In this document: piece by piece, positions 27,379 to 37,268 of the stretch
How positions within the stretch are numbered: the first letter of the stretch is position 1
Layout: each line of letters begins with the position of its first letter
NCBI GenBank assembly: GCA_043803405.1
Contig: JAZDKB010000036.1
Span: 76,963-140,962 of the forward strand
Reading direction: 5' to 3'
Source of the DNA: Spirochaetota bacterium
GTDB lineage: Bacteria; Spirochaetota; UBA4802; JAFGDQ01
Length of the DNA stretch: 64,000 nt
Position numbers and translations under genes: made by a program
The notes under the pieces: generated by a model
The model's database searches: none
Told to the model about the DNA's origin: nothing
What the model saw: only the letters and a program-made list of their open reading frames with translations

Positions 27379-28743
27379 TTATGATTTTAAAATAGATTCT
27401 ATTTTCTGCCTGTCGTATTTCCCCGTTGATAAAATCGGCATTTTATCAACTATCTTGATCCTTCTTGGAAGCGCAAACGGTTCAAGAATTTCTTTTGCGG
27501 ACTGTTTCAAACCTGGAAGATCAATGGTGCCTTCTACTATTGCAGCGATCTCGTTCTCCCTCCCGCCGGACGCGGGCAATGCAATTGCAATAACGTCCGC
27601 AACTCCCGGAATCCGCTTCAGCTTGTTTTCGATCTCCCTCAGGTCAACGCGTTTGCCCGCAACCTTGACTATGCCGTCCGAACGCCCAAGATGCGCGAAT
27701 GTGCTGTTATCAGCGCTCTCAATCCTGTCCTCTGTTGCAAAAAAGCCGTCTTTATCCTTTGGCAGATCGGGAGATGTGAACTCAGAACGGACACAAAGCC
27801 TGCTGTCCTGAATCTTCCACTCAATATTATCAAACGGAGCCCATTGCATCTCCTCGCCGGAGTTATGTCTTATTGCAATACCGCCTGTCTCCGTTGATCC
27901 GAATATTTCAGCCACCTTAATTCCGGTCTCATTAAAAAAATATTTTGCGTCGTTAATGTCCAGCGTTCCGGCCGATGAAATCGCTAATCTGAGCGAAGGA
28001 AAACTAAATGTGTTTCCTTTTAAAATCCTGTAATGGATCGGAACGCTAACCAGCACTGTTGCCGAATATTTTTTTATTGATGATATAATTTCCTGAGGAA
28101 ATGAAAATATGCCGGCAGTTGTCTTTGCAGAAGAAATAAACGGAACAATAACGGAATGAAGCAAACCGTAAATATGCTGGGGCGGGACTGTTGATATAAA
28201 AATGTCTTTTTCCGTAACATTAAAAGCGCTGGAATGATATAAAGCTTCGGAAAAAATATTTCGCGGTGTTTTCTGCCATATTTTCGGCTTGCCTGTAGAA
28301 CCCCCTGTAAAAAGCTTTAGAAATACGGAATCCGGATCAAGCCGCTTTGAAAAATAATTTTCTCCGCTCTTTGCTTCCTCGATTTCGTCCGGTGTTAAAA
28401 CTTTAAACCCGGACTGTTTTATTTCCGGCATATCACTCAGCACAAAGTCGAAGTTTTCCGAATCTTTCATTTCTGCTAAAATTGTTTTATTAAAAGAATG
28501 CGGAAGAAGCACGAGCGGACCTCCGCCGAGAGATGAAAGGAGCGCAGCAGCAATAAGAGCCTTGTTTTCAGTGCACAGGCAAAGTGTGCCGGTATTGAAC
28601 TTTTGAGCAATATTAACTATTCCGCATGCCAGCCCGTATATGCTTTTATACGAATTCCCTGATACAATAAATTCATCATCCGGATTATCCGGCCCGGAAA
28701 GCAGCTTTTTATAAAAAATTTCGAAATTTGTTTTTACTGTCAA
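27379..28743 (-). CDS. AMP-dependent acyl-CoA/acyl-ACP ligase (short, aryl-polyene-cluster-like type)
   Basis: FTGGSTGKPK, VPPQHIYGL, FGSTETGGIA, GRSDGIVKVAGKR and TGK. Confidence 0.85.
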   Translation of the reverse strand: MTVKTNFEIFYKKLLSGPDNPDDEFIVSGNSYKSIYGLACGIVNIAQKFNTGTLCLCTENKALIAAALLSSLGGGPLVLLPHSFNKTILAEMKDSENFDFVLSDMPEIKQSGFKVLTPDEIEEAKSGENYFSKRLDPDSVFLKLFTGGSTGKPKIWQKTPRNIFSEALYHSSAFNVTEKDIFISTVPPQHIYGLLHSVIVPFISSAKTTAGIFSFPQEIISSIKKYSATVLVSVPIHYRILKGNTFSFPSLRLAISSAGTLDINDAKYFFNETGIKVAEIFGSTETGGIAIRHNSGEEMQWAPFDNIEWKIQDSRLCVRSEFTSPDLPKDKDGFFATEDRIESADNSTFAHLGRSDGIVKVAGKRVDLREIENKLKRIPGVADVIAIALPASGGRENEIAAIVEGTIDLPGLKQSAKEILEPFALPRRIKIVDKMPILSTGKYDRQKIESILKS

Positions 28744-28775
28744 AATAATCTATTTCCAAAAAAGTTTTAGACTAA

Positions 28776-29612
28776 TCATATCTGGGCAATAAGCTTAGTC
28801 AGCACCTTGCCTGGACCTACCTCTTCAAACACAGGCTCCGGCTGCTGTTTTAAAAATCTGATAGTTTCAACCCATCTAACAGGATTGCATATCTGCGGAG
28901 CAAGAGTTTCTTTAATTGCATTATCCTCATATTTCTTTGCAGTATAGTTCGCTATAACAGGGATCTTGGGCGCTTTTAGAGTAAACTGGCCAAGGAATTT
29001 TTCAAACTCTTCTTTAGCCGGCTTCATATAGCGTGAATGAAAAGCGCCGCTAACAGGCAAGGAAATAAAAAGCTTTGCCCCTGCTTTTTCAAAAACGCCT
29101 GTTAGTTTTTGAATATCCGCTTTAAGCCCTGATATAACCGTCTGGCTTGGCGAATTATAGTTAGCAATATCTATCGTATTAATTCCCATATTAGTCAGCA
29201 CTTCCTGGATCTTTTCCGGCTCAAGTCCGATCACTGCCGCCATGCCGCCGCCCTCGGCTTTTGCCATAATAGCGCCGCGCTTCTGCACCAGCTTTAATCC
29301 TGTAGCAAAATCGAACACTTCCGCTGCGAAAAGCGCATTGTATTCTCCAAGGCTGTGCCCTGCTACAAAATCCGGTTTGCCCGACTGCTGCACTTTTTTA
29401 AGGTACGAAAGAGCGTTTATAACATATATAGCCGGCTGGGTATAATCTGTACTATTCAGCTTTTTGTTCGGATCTTCCAGGCACAATTGTTTGATCGAGT
29501 ATCCCAGAATCGCGTCTGCCTGTTTTATTAAAAATGAAAACTTATCGAACAGCTCATTTCCCATGCCGAGAGCCTGCGATCCCTGCCCGGGAAAAACATA
29601 TACCTTTGTCAT
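28776..29612 (-). CDS. fabD: Malonyl-CoA:ACP transacylase (PksC-like stand-alone AT)
   Basis: FPGQGSQ, TQPA, GHSLGEY, GAFHS and EVGPGKVL. Confidence 0.92.
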   Translation of the reverse strand: MTKVYVFPGQGSQALGMGNELFDKFSFLIKQADAILGYSIKQLCLEDPNKKLNSTDYTQPAIYVINALSYLKKVQQSGKPDFVAGHSLGEYNALFAAEVFDFATGLKLVQKRGAIMAKAEGGGMAAVIGLEPEKIQEVLTNMGINTIDIANYNSPSQTVISGLKADIQKLTGVFEKAGAKLFISLPVSGAFHSRYMKPAKEEFEKFLGQFTLKAPKIPVIANYTAKKYEDNAIKETLAPQICNPVRWVETIRFLKQQPEPVFEEVGPGKVLTKLIAQI

Positions 29613-29810
29613 TATTAAAACTCCTGTTATTCCAAATGATTATTTTGATTTAATTTTCAATATCATCGTCCTTTAGGATATTAAAAATTTACTAAAATAA
29701 ATCCTTAAGCTAAAGATTCCGGTAAAACATTGAAAGCATTTATAAAATAAAGACAATAAAATTCATAAAAGATAATTAATCAAATAAAAAATTATATTGA
29801 AATTGTTTGT

Positions 29811-32066
29811 TTAATTATTGATAGAATTCAGGATTTGTTCTATTTCGCTTATTTTGCTTTTAGATAATAATAAGGCAGCAAATTTTTCCGCATCCTTAAT
29901 GGAAATTTTTGACAATACTCTTTTAACCTTGGGCAAATACATGGAATCAACGCTTAAATTAAGAATACCGATACCCAAAAGAAAAGGAATATAATTTATG
30001 TTGCTTGCCATATCCCCGCATATACTGACTTCAATATTGTATTTTTTGCCGGCATCTGCAATTGTTTTTAGAGAATTTAAAATAGCAGGATGATGCGGAA
30101 TGTAAAGATCCGCAACTTTTTCGTTTGTCCGGTCAACAGCCAGAGTATATTGAATAAGATCGTTTGTGCCTATGCTTAAAAAGTCCGCCTCTTTGGCTAT
30201 GTCATCAATTATACTTACCAGCGATGGAATTTCAACCATCATGCCGATTTCGGGATTGCTTATGTGAGTAATGCTTTGCTTATTTAGTTCACGAATGCAG
30301 TCATATACAATATCGCGCGATATTAAAAATTCATCGAGAGAAGAAATCATAGGGAACATTATTTTAATATTGCTTTTATATCCTGCACGGAGTATTGCCC
30401 TTATCTGCTGTTTAAATATTTCCCTGTGAGTCAACGAGAACCGTATTGAGCGCATTCCCAGAAAAGGATTCTCCTCATGCGCAACTTCGTAGTATGAAAG
30501 AACCTTATCGCCGCCAATATCGAGAGTCCTGAATGTAACCGGTTTATTATCCATATCCTGCACTAATTTTTTATAAATAACAAATTGCTCCTCTTCGGTT
30601 GGGAAATCATTTCTTATAATAAACGGAAATTCAGTTCTGTACAAGCCGATCCCGTCATTATACACCCCTTGAATATTTTTTAAATCGCTTAATAAATTAA
30701 TATTTACCATTAAATTAATTTTAATGCCTTCTGTCGTAACAGATGGAGCGTTTAAGTTTTCTTCTTTTGAAATTTCTACACGTGCTTTTTTTTGTTCATT
30801 ATACTTTATTACGATTTCTTTGGAAGGATTTATATAAACATTGCCTAATTCTGCATCAATAATGGCCATGGTTTTATCCGGAAGTTCAAGTAATTCAGGA
30901 CTGTCTGCAATTACAACCGGGATTTTAAGCGACCGGGCCAGAATGGAAACATGGGACGATACTCCCCCGCTAACCAGTATTATGCCTTTTATGTCTTCCG
31001 CAGACATGATTAATAATTCGGACGGAAATATTTCGCGAACAACAGCAATGCGGTCTTTATAACGTGTTTTTATCGTATCTCTATACAGAAGATTATTTAT
31101 AATCCGTTTTGTCAGGTCCTCGATATCCAGTATTTTTTCCCTTATGAGCTGGTTCTGACTTTCGGAAAAAATATCCTTGTATTCCTTGTATTTCTTTATT
31201 ATTGCAAAAGGAGGATTCTCGCCATTCTCAATCAGCTTTCTCATACTTCCGGTAAAAACTTCATCTTTCAGAATAAGTAAATGTGCAGAAAAAATTAATG
31301 AAGCAGCATCGGACAGTTTTTCTTCAACTTTTTTTTGCAGCATTTCAAGCTGTTGTTCGGTTGCTTTTATAGCCTTATCAAAATCCTTAATGGAATATTT
31401 TTTTGTAAAATTAATATCCTGCATTAATTCGTGAACATTTTCCACATCGACAGTCGTTACTTCGCTGTAAGCAAATCCCTCGGACGCGGATTTGCCTTTA
31501 ATAAATTTCAGTTTTTCCAGATTAACAGCTTTTTTTACCTGATCCGGTTTCTGAGGAGACGTAATAATAAATTTAATATTTTCAATCATTGAGGCCAGCT
31601 GGGATGCAGTAACCCGAAGAGCCAGAATATCCTGTTCTTCAAATGTTTTACCTTCGGTTTTTTGAACAACTAAAACGCCTATTTTGATATTACCCCTTAA
31701 AATAGGCACTGCAAGAAACGATAAATATAATTCTTCATTTATGCCGGGATAAAATTTATAATTTGGATTTTCGGGGCCACTTTTTTCATATATGGGTTTT
31801 GCATCCAGAAGAGAAAGCCCTACCAGACCTTCTCCGAGTTTTAACTTAACATTATTAACGGACTCGGGCTTTAATCCTATTGTGGCCTTTAACACAATTT
31901 CTTTAGAAGCTTCATCGTATAAAAATATTGAGCACACATCCGTATTCATATGCCGCGCTACCATTTCTACAATCTTCTGCAAAAATGTTTCAATATTAAC
32001 ACTTTTTGCAAACAGGCTGTTCAATTCGCCAATATCGTAAAGCATTTTAACGTGGTTTGTTTGCAT
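29811..32066 (-). CDS. ptsP: GAF-domain phosphoenolpyruvate-protein phosphotransferase (EI-Ntr)
   Basis: N-terminal GAF; SSHVSILAR phospho-His; GIGLYRTEF, RTLDIGGDK and SIGTNDL. Confidence 0.92.
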   Translation of the reverse strand: MQTNHVKMLYDIGELNSLFAKSVNIETFLQKIVEMVARHMNTDVCSIFLYDEASKEIVLKATIGLKPESVNNVKLKLGEGLVGLSLLDAKPIYEKSGPENPNYKFYPGINEELYLSFLAVPILRGNIKIGVLVVQKTEGKTFEEQDILALRVTASQLASMIENIKFIITSPQKPDQVKKAVNLEKLKFIKGKSASEGFAYSEVTTVDVENVHELMQDINFTKKYSIKDFDKAIKATEQQLEMLQKKVEEKLSDAASLIFSAHLLILKDEVFTGSMRKLIENGENPPFAIIKKYKEYKDIFSESQNQLIREKILDIEDLTKRIINNLLYRDTIKTRYKDRIAVVREIFPSELLIMSAEDIKGIILVSGGVSSHVSILARSLKIPVVIADSPELLELPDKTMAIIDAELGNVYINPSKEIVIKYNEQKKARVEISKEENLNAPSVTTEGIKINLMVNINLLSDLKNIQGVYNDGIGLYRTEFPFIIRNDFPTEEEQFVIYKKLVQDMDNKPVTFRTLDIGGDKVLSYYEVAHEENPFLGMRSIRFSLTHREIFKQQIRAILRAGYKSNIKIMFPMISSLDEFLISRDIVYDCIRELNKQSITHISNPEIGMMVEIPSLVSIIDDIAKEADFLSIGTNDLIQYTLAVDRTNEKVADLYIPHHPAILNSLKTIADAGKKYNIEVSICGDMASNINYIPFLLGIGILNLSVDSMYLPKVKRVLSKISIKDAEKFAALLLSKSKISEIEQILNSINN

Positions 32067-32282
32067 AAAATTTACTCATACCTAAAAAAGAATTATTCCC
32101 TGTGTAAGCCTTTTAATATATTCAGGGACCCACTTTGTGTTTTTTTACAGAAAATATAATGAGATATATAAAATAATAATTCAACTCATTTTAATATTTA
32201 AGAAAATAATTCTTTAAAATATAGTTGACTTTTACCATCCGGTTTGATAATCAACAAGGATTTTAAATTTTTGGAGGTTTAT

Positions 32283-32504
32283 ATGCCATCAAAATCCAAA
32301 TGCGTTCATTGCGGCGAAGAAGTTTATGAATGGGCACGCGAATGTCCTAAATGCGGGCGTCCTACGGCAAATCCTGACGCGCCGACGGTTTCCGATATTA
32401 ACTGGAAAACCGGCGGGCAGCATCGTAAAAAAAATATGATGCCTTTATTTATTGCCGTTATAATAATTATTATTGCAATAGCGCTCTACTTTATAAAAGC
32501 TTAA
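32283..32504 (+). CDS. Small zinc-ribbon membrane protein
   Basis: CVHCG...CPKCG plus a C-terminal TM helix; GGAGG RBS before ATG 32283. Confidence 0.75.
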   Translation: MPSKSKCVHCGEEVYEWARECPKCGRPTANPDAPTVSDINWKTGGQHRKKNMMPLFIAVIIIIIAIALYFIKA

Positions 32505-32653
32505 AAGATAAGGAACAGCTTCCGATTTTCCAAATAAGCAATTTTTATTTATACTTTGCTTATTATTGCTATTAAAACTGATTTTAATATTAATTGGCAG
32601 GATAGCTGATAATAAAACGGATTATTTAGCTCCAGTCTTTATTATGGTTACCT

Positions 32654-34234
32654 CTAAAAATTAAATAAATCCGTTTTTTTCAGGAACGTCTTCACGGCAT
32701 TAACGTCTTCATCAAGAGGTCTGTCTTCTTTTACAAACCGGGAAATTTTTCTAATTTCACCGTAAACCTTTCTTGCGAATGTTCCAAATTCACCTGTTCC
32801 GATCAAATCCATTGCCTGACACACCGCAAGCAGATGTATGGAATACTGGTAGTACAACAGCTCTAAAACCTCGCGAAGTTTTCTGCTGGAAATAGTTCCG
32901 AGAGATACCTTATCCTGATTGTGAGATTCAGTCGGTCTTGAATGAATGCTCACAGGAGAAGCCATATAATTTATTTCGCTGCATAGCGCAGATATCGAAA
33001 TCTGAGCCGCCTTGAATCCGTGAAATAATCCTTTGTCCTCCGAATCTTCCGGTATTTTCGGAATCAGGTTTTCGGTAAGATTATTATACTTACCGTCGAT
33101 AATCAGTTCTGCCTGCTTCTCTGAAAGATCGGCTATATTTGCAATCGAAGTCCTTAAATAATCGCAGGCTGCGCATATATGACCGCCGTAAAAATTGCCG
33201 CTGTTGTAAATTATACCCTCATCCGGATCAATAAGCGGATTGTCATTTGCGGAATTAAGTTCATTTTCTATCCAGCACTTTGTAAAAGCAAGAGTATCGC
33301 GCATAACTCCGTTTATTTGAGGCGAGCAACGGAGTGAATACCTGTCCTGTATTTTTACATCGGTCTTTCTGAAATTATCCCCTTTTAAAGTGCCCAGATC
33401 ATTCAGGAGATATTCATACTTAATTACTCTCCCGGAATCTTTTATCACTTGTTTTATGTATCCTGCGCTTTCTATTTGCCCGTTGTGATTTTTAATTTCG
33501 CTTACTTTTCTCCTGTAAGGAATGTCATTTCCACCGAGTATTTCAACTGTAACACCCGATATAAAATCCGAAATGTGTGATAATTTTTCCGCATGGCTCC
33601 AGCATAGTGCTGCGACTGCAGTCATAACGGAAGTCCCGTTCATTAAAGCAAGCCCTTCCTTAGCCTGCAGCTTTAAAGGAGTTAATTTTTCTTTTTTGAA
33701 TGCCGTTCCGGTTCCGGTTATTTTATTTTTGTAGTAAACCCTGCGCTTTCCCATAAGCACAGCTGCCAGATAACTCAGCGGAGTAAGGTCGCCCGACGCA
33801 CCGACCGAACCGAGCTCGGGAATTACCGGCGAGATATCCCGGTTTAGAAGCTCCTTCATTAAATCGGCGACTTCAATACGGATGGCAGAGTATCCCTTTA
33901 TATTGGAGTTGAGGCGGGCGAGGATTACGGCACGCGATTCGGCTTCGGAAAATACTTCGCCTACTCCTATTCCGTGAAAGTTCACAAGGGATTCCTGAAG
34001 CCTTTCCGTTTTTGCTGCATTTATCTGATTGTGGCATGAATCTCCGAAGCCGGTTGTTACGCCATAAACAGGGTAACCTTTATCAATAAATTTCTCTAGA
34101 ATATTTCTGCTCTTCAACAAACGATTTATAAATTTCTTATCTTTACTGAGCTCGATTTTATAATTATTAAAACTAATATTAAATAATTCTTCAATTGTCA
34201 GCGAATTACCGTCCAGTATTACAATCTTGCTCAT
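32654..34234 (-). CDS. Aromatic amino-acid ammonia-lyase (HAL/PAL/TAL family, MIO enzyme)
   Basis: VYGVTTGFG, GSVGASGDL (MIO-forming ASG), EGLALMNGT, QDRYSLRC and HNQDKVS; specificity position reads 'LVNFH'. Confidence 0.92.
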   Translation of the reverse strand: MSKIVILDGNSLTIEELFNISFNNYKIELSKDKKFINRLLKSRNILEKFIDKGYPVYGVTTGFGDSCHNQINAAKTERLQESLVNFHGIGVGEVFSEAESRAVILARLNSNIKGYSAIRIEVADLMKELLNRDISPVIPELGSVGASGDLTPLSYLAAVLMGKRRVYYKNKITGTGTAFKKEKLTPLKLQAKEGLALMNGTSVMTAVAALCWSHAEKLSHISDFISGVTVEILGGNDIPYRRKVSEIKNHNGQIESAGYIKQVIKDSGRVIKYEYLLNDLGTLKGDNFRKTDVKIQDRYSLRCSPQINGVMRDTLAFTKCWIENELNSANDNPLIDPDEGIIYNSGNFYGGHICAACDYLRTSIANIADLSEKQAELIIDGKYNNLTENLIPKIPEDSEDKGLFHGFKAAQISISALCSEINYMASPVSIHSRPTESHNQDKVSLGTISSRKLREVLELLYYQYSIHLLAVCQAMDLIGTGEFGTFARKVYGEIRKISRFVKEDRPLDEDVNAVKTFLKKTDLFNF

Positions 34235-34540
34235 TGTGATCCCTTCTCAGAAAAATTTTTAAAATTATTCTTTTTTTAAAACATCAAAAGTCAATGAAAT
34301 TTTAATGCTTTTACAGCGTTATTTATTTTAAAGAACAATTAGAAGCATTATACTGATCATTCGGATATTATTTAATCAGAAAAAAGCTTTACAAATTATT
34401 TTCTTAATTATTAATATTCAAACATAGACTGAATCAGCAGGTAAGTTTAAACTTAAAGATTAGGCGGGAATAATTATTAGAGGAGAGTATCCGGTATTTA
34501 GCCAGTCAGTTTTACTGGCAAAGGAATTTGATCTTTTTAT

Positions 34541-34588
34541 TAAAAAAAATAAAAAAATGGCTGTCTCAACTGTTGCATTGAGACAGCC
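34541..34588 (-). terminator. Rho-independent terminator of the hbd-crt-thiolase operon
   Basis: ggctgtctcaa / ttgagacagcc stem followed by a U-tract on the minus strand. Confidence 0.75.
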
Positions 34589-34605
34589 CAAAGAATAGCC
34601 CATGC

Positions 34606-35100
34606 TTAGTTCATGGGTTCAAAGGCAAAAAAGACTCTTTCCACCATTATTGTTCCTGCTTTACCTTTTTCAATCGGGAAAGCCGGAACCGGGAAAACAA
34701 CAAATTTTAATTCATCGCCTACTTTAAGCTTACCTGTTGGGCAGTTTATAACTTTCGATATCAGACGTCTCATTGGTTCAACGCCTAAGTCAAGAACTGC
34801 ATGAATAAGAGGTGATTCAAATCCTAAAGGAACACCTTTAACTTCTTCGGAAAATACACATACTTTTCCTTTTTTCGGCAGATCAATGTATTCCAAGTTT
34901 TCCGAATAGCATTCCGGGCAAATTACCTGAGGCGGGTAAGTAACTTTACCGCAATCTTTGCATTTTGTGGTTGTGAATCTGCCCTGTTTCAAATTTTCAT
35001 AGAATGGCCATACTCTGTTAAATTCTTTTGCTTCTATTGGCCATAAATCCATAGTTACCGGATATAAATTTTCAAGTACTGGAATTCCTACTACAGACAT
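34606..35100 (-). CDS. Zn-ribbon/OB-fold (DUF35) thiolase partner
   Basis: CKDCG...YPP...CPEC, followed by an OB-fold; adjacent to the thiolase. Confidence 0.88.
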   Translation of the reverse strand: MSVVGIPVLENLYPVTMDLWPIEAKEFNRVWPFYENLKQGRFTTTKCKDCGKVTYPPQVICPECYSENLEYIDLPKKGKVCVFSEEVKGVPLGFESPLIHAVLDLGVEPMRRLISKVINCPTGKLKVGDELKFVVFPVPAFPIEKGKAGTIMVERVFFAFEPMN

Positions 35101-35115
35101 AATATTCTCCTTTTA

Positions 35116-36300
35116 TTATTTTACCGGATCAAGTCCGTAAATGACTACAGTATGTTCGGCGTTCTGCCCGCTCAGGTTATGTGTAAGGCCTATATCGGCA
35201 TTCTTAACCTGGTTACGAGCTCTTCCCTGCAACTGTTTCATTATTTCAATACCCTGTCTGATGCCAGTGGCGCCAAAAGGATGACCGACCGCGAGGAGCC
35301 CGCCGTCCGTATTGATTGGAACTTTGCCGCCCAGTTCTATCTGTTTTGAGCCGCAGAATTCTCCGCCCTCGCCTTTTTTACAGAAACCGAGTTCTTCTAC
35401 TTCAATAACTTCGGAGATTGTAAAGCAGTCATGTGTCTGAGCGACTTTAATATCTTTAGGAGTAACCTTTGCTCTTTTATATGCTTTTTCACCTGCAACT
35501 CTTGTATGTTTCCAGTCTGCAAGATGCGCACCCGGGAAATTGGATGATACGTTGTTTAAAGATACCTGGGCACACCCTCTTAAGTATACCAAAGGTTTTT
35601 TAGTATATCTTTTTGCAATCTCATCTGTTGTAATAATACAAGCAGCTGCACCGTCTGTAATGGGGCAGCAGTCAAATAATGTTAACGGGGGTACTATTGG
35701 AGGTGCTGCCATTGCTTCTTCAAGAGTCAGAGCTTTCTGCATCTGAGCTACCTGATTACCTACTGCATAGTTATAATTCGCGACCGAAACAGCAGCCAGT
35801 TGTTCTTTCTTGGTTCCATAGTTTGCAAAGTGATCTTTTGCAGTCATTGCAAAGAAAGATGGAGGGAGCCCCATACCGTGAACAGCTTCCCAGTCGTGGT
35901 CTACAGATGCAAGTTCGCTGTAGAAAATCTCCCATTTCTGAGGAGTATAAAGTTTTTCTCCGCCCGAAGCCATAACTATATCAGCATTGCCCGATTCGAC
36001 TAATGCTTTTGCAAGGATAATTGCTGTGCTTCCACCGGCGCATAATGTATCGCACCTTGTGCAGATTGAAGTCGGTTTTAAACCGAGTCTTTCGGCTATA
36101 ACCGGAGCCGTGTTTACCTGGAAAGAACATCTTCCCGCGTATGATGTAGCGACAACTAAACCATCGATATCTTTGGGTTTAAGTCCCGGGATATCATCAA
36201 GACAGGCTTTAGCCGCTTCCTGGAACATGTCAACGAAATGGGCTTCACGTATACCCCATTTGCATTGGCCGCCTCCCAAAATTACTGCATTTCTCGACAT
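35116..36300 (-). CDS. Thiolase, SCP-x/SCP2 type
   Basis: TLCAGG, HDCF and GHPFGATG. Confidence 0.9.
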   Translation of the reverse strand: MSRNAVILGGGQCKWGIREAHFVDMFQEAAKACLDDIPGLKPKDIDGLVVATSYAGRCSFQVNTAPVIAERLGLKPTSICTRCDTLCAGGSTAIILAKALVESGNADIVMASGGEKLYTPQKWEIFYSELASVDHDWEAVHGMGLPPSFFAMTAKDHFANYGTKKEQLAAVSVANYNYAVGNQVAQMQKALTLEEAMAAPPIVPPLTLFDCCPITDGAAACIITTDEIAKRYTKKPLVYLRGCAQVSLNNVSSNFPGAHLADWKHTRVAGEKAYKRAKVTPKDIKVAQTHDCFTISEVIEVEELGFCKKGEGGEFCGSKQIELGGKVPINTDGGLLAVGHPFGATGIRQGIEIMKQLQGRARNQVKNADIGLTHNLSGQNAEHTVVIYGLDPVK

Positions 36301-36417
36301 ATATTAGCCTCCTGTATTTTTTGTTAAATCAGCTTTCCGCCTGGAATCATTACGCAATTAAGCCGTAAAATAAAAAACAAAGCGGAAAACTAATTATAGA
36401 ATTTAATTGTTACAAGT

Positions 36418-37200
36418 TTATTTTCCTTTATAAACTGGTTTTCTCTTTTCATTAAATGCGTTAATACCTTCTCTCCCGTCCTCGGACGCAAATGCTATTG
36501 AGAAAGCATTCATTTCCATTGTAAGGCCGGACGCGAGGTCAGTATTGAGTCCGTTATCCACACATTTTTTTATGAGGCCAAGTGCAACTTTGGGTTTCTT
36601 GGAAAGTTTTTTAGCCATTGCCTTTGCTTCTTCCATTAGCTTATCTTTAGGAACTACTTTGTTGGCGAGTCCTATACGGTAAGCTTCCTGTGCATTGATA
36701 TTATCACCGGAAAAAAGGAGTTCTTTTGCTCTTGAAGATCCAACCAGTCTGGTCAGCCTTTGAGTGGCGCCGGAACCCGGCATTATGCCGAGATTAATTT
36801 CCGGCAGGCCAAAAATTGCATCTTCGGAGGCAATTCTGAAATCACAACACAGAGCTACTTCGCAGCCGCCGCCGAGAGCAAGGCCAAATACAGCAGCTAT
36901 AGTCGGTTTTTCGATACCTGTGAGTTTATCAAACGCCTTACGCGGACCAGCCCAGCAAAAATTCAGAGCTTCAACGATCGATTTTCCCAGAACTTCCTTA
37001 ATATCAAGTCCTGCCGCGAATGCTTTATCGCCGTTGCCGGTAATGATTATAGCTCCAATCTCGGCATCGTTGTCCAGTTCGGTTACAGCGTCATGAAGTT
37101 CTAAATATAACTTCGTGCTTAAAGGATTCATCGGCGGCCTGTTAAGCTTGATAATACCGACCTTTTCCTCTCTTTCGACTATTACTGTTTCGTAACTCAT
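36418..37200 (-). CDS. Enoyl-CoA hydratase (crotonase)
   Basis: AFAAGLDI, ALGGGCE and PEINLGIMPG.GATQRL. Confidence 0.92.
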   Translation of the reverse strand: MSYETVIVEREEKVGIIKLNRPPMNPLSTKLYLELHDAVTELDNDAEIGAIIITGNGDKAFAAGLDIKEVLGKSIVEALNFCWAGPRKAFDKLTGIEKPTIAAVFGLALGGGCEVALCCDFRIASEDAIFGLPEINLGIMPGSGATQRLTRLVGSSRAKELLFSGDNINAQEAYRIGLANKVVPKDKLMEEAKAMAKKLSKKPKVALGLIKKCVDNGLNTDLASGLTMEMNAFSIAFASEDGREGINAFNEKRKPVYKGK

Positions 37201-37217
37201 AAATTCTCCTTATGCTG

Positions 37218-37258
37218 TTGCTCAGTCATTTTTTGCATAAAGAAAAATGACCGAGCAA
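37218..37258 (-). other. Intra-operon stem-loop between hbd and crotonase
   Basis: ttgctcagtcattttt / aaaaatgaccgagcaa. Confidence 0.5.
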
Positions 37259-37268
37259 TTGCAGTTTT

